Below the pieces are notes generated by a model. The model worked only from the letters and a program-made list of their open reading frames with translations. It had not been told where the DNA came from and did no database searches. From contig DVOJ01000004.1 of the NCBI GenBank assembly GCA_018713725.1, positions 19,881-83,880 of the forward strand: a stretch of 64,000 nucleotides of DNA, written 5' to 3'. Within the stretch, counting starts at the first letter, position 1. Every line of letters begins with the position of its first letter. The stretch is from Candidatus Caccopulliclostridium gallistercoris (lineage in GTDB: Bacteria > Bacillota > Clostridia > Christensenellales > UBA1242). The position numbers were made by a program, and so were the translations under genes. Positions 62,991 to 64,000 of this stretch are shown here, one piece after another.

Positions 62991-64000
62991 CTAATCCTTT
63001 ATCTTTTCCCAGCTGAATCCATCTCTGCCAAAGTGGCCGTAAGCGGCTGTACGTTTATATATGGGCTTTAATAAATCTAACTCTTTTATTATGTTTGATG
63101 GCGTAAAGTTGAAGTTTTCATTTACATATTTGTAGATTTCTTTTAAAGGCACTTTTTCCGTTCCAAAAGTCTCTATATTTAAGGAAATAATTTTACTTAA
63201 CCCAATTCCGTACGAAACTTGAATTTCGCACTTATCGGCGAGTTTATGCGCTACAATATTTTTTGCGACATATCTTGCGTAATACGCTCCGGACCTATCA
63301 ACTTTGGTAGCGTTTTTGCTTGAAAAACAGCCACCGCCAACACGACCAACGCCACCGTAGGTGTCTACAACAATCTTTCTGCCAACGCAGCCGGAATCTC
63401 CAAACGAACCCCAAATTGTAAACTTGCCGCTTGGGTTTATAATGAAATTTGTATCTTTAATAAGATTTTTGTATTCATTTATTACAGGTTCTATAACGTT
63501 TTCTTTGATTAACTTTCTTAAATTTTTTATTTCTAAATTTTTATCGTGTGAAACGGATAAAAGAATTGTGACTATTTTAATAGGTTTGTTATCTTCATAT
63601 TCTACGGATACCTGACTTTTAGCGTCTGCAAAAAAATCCGTTCTTGTTCTTCTAAATGCTTCATATTTTTGCATAAGTTTGTGGGCAAGCAAAATAGGTA
63701 AGGGCATATACTCTTTGGTTTCATTTGTGGCGTAACCGTAACACATGCCTTGGTCATTTGCCATAAGCTCTTCTTTTACAACTGCCTGATGTATATCAGG
63801 ACTTTGCTCGCTTATTTCTTTTATCATAGTAAATTCATTGGTGTAGCCAATATCTTTTAAAACTTGTTTTGCTATTGTTTCGTAATCTATTTTTGCCTTT
63901 GTTGTAGCTTCGCCGTAAATAAAAAGTTTATCGTTTTTTATTGCGCATTCAACTGCCATCTGTGAGTTTGGGTCACTTTTTAACGCTTCGTCTAAAAAGG
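62991..64000 (-). CDS. metK: S-adenosylmethionine synthetase (5' end outside window)
   Basis: GEATTKA, GDQGMCYGYA, DAKSQVS, GGGCFSSKNATKVDRSGAY and AAYGHFGR. The frame stays open to base 64000 (..LDEALKSDPNSQMAVEC). Confidence 0.93.
   Translation of the reverse strand, partial: FLDEALKSDPNSQMAVECAIKNDKLFIYGEATTKAKIDYETIAKQVLKDIGYTNEFTMIKEISEQSPDIHQAVVKEELMANDQGMCYGYATNETKEYMPLPILLAHKLMQKYEAFRRTRTDFFADAKSQVSVEYEDNKPIKIVTILLSVSHDKNLEIKNLRKLIKENVIEPVINEYKNLIKDTNFIINPSGKFTIWGSFGDSGCVGRKIVVDTYGGVGRVGGGCFSSKNATKVDRSGAYYARYVAKNIVAHKLADKCEIQVSYGIGLSKIISLNIETFGTEKVPLKEIYKYVNENFNFTPSNIIKELDLLKPIYKRTAAYGHFGRDGFSWEKIKD

Noticed and set aside
1-64000. CRISPR arrays, rRNA genes, IS transposases, integrases, prophage genes, recognisable defence systems
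   Set aside because: No regularly spaced direct repeats, no rRNA-like sequence and no ORF with transposase, integrase or phage hallmark motifs were seen while reading the ORF set.

Overview
Low-GC chromosome segment of Firmicutes/Clostridia type. It uses the standard genetic code (TGA is a stop, e.g. 568-570) and carries the sporulation regulator spoIIID with a sigmaE-like promoter. Most genes are compact housekeeping genes: rlmN (partial), a yigZ-like gene, leuS, alaS, pth, mfd, acpP, a ttcA-like gene, glyA, folD, metK (partial), tRNA-Leu and tRNA-Arg. About 42% of the window (32284-59102) is a single two-gene operon behind a perfect consensus promoter. It encodes two paralogous giant lipoproteins of 5680 and 3250 aa, built from Ig-like arrays and nine repeated GLUG-type beta-helix-like modules. 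Further coding oddities are two tandem SipW-type signal peptidases with a shared extra C-terminal domain, a degenerate GlmU-like protein, a 594-aa AlaRS that lacks the C-Ala domain, and a tandem-looking ThyX-like protein. The non-coding DNA is unusually structured. An 89-nt perfect cloverleaf fills the alaS-leuS gap. A G9 tract sits in a promoter spacer ahead of a secreted-protein gene. An A5T/AT5 hairpin repeat family lies next to tRNA genes and tRNA fragments. A 264-bp structured insert lies between duplicated acpP terminators. A roughly 200-bp tandem duplication carries a pseudo 5' half of tRNA-Arg. Several genes appear to be leaderless. I saw no CRISPR array, rRNA gene, transposase or integrase. 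All family assignments come from motif recognition by eye; no database search was run.
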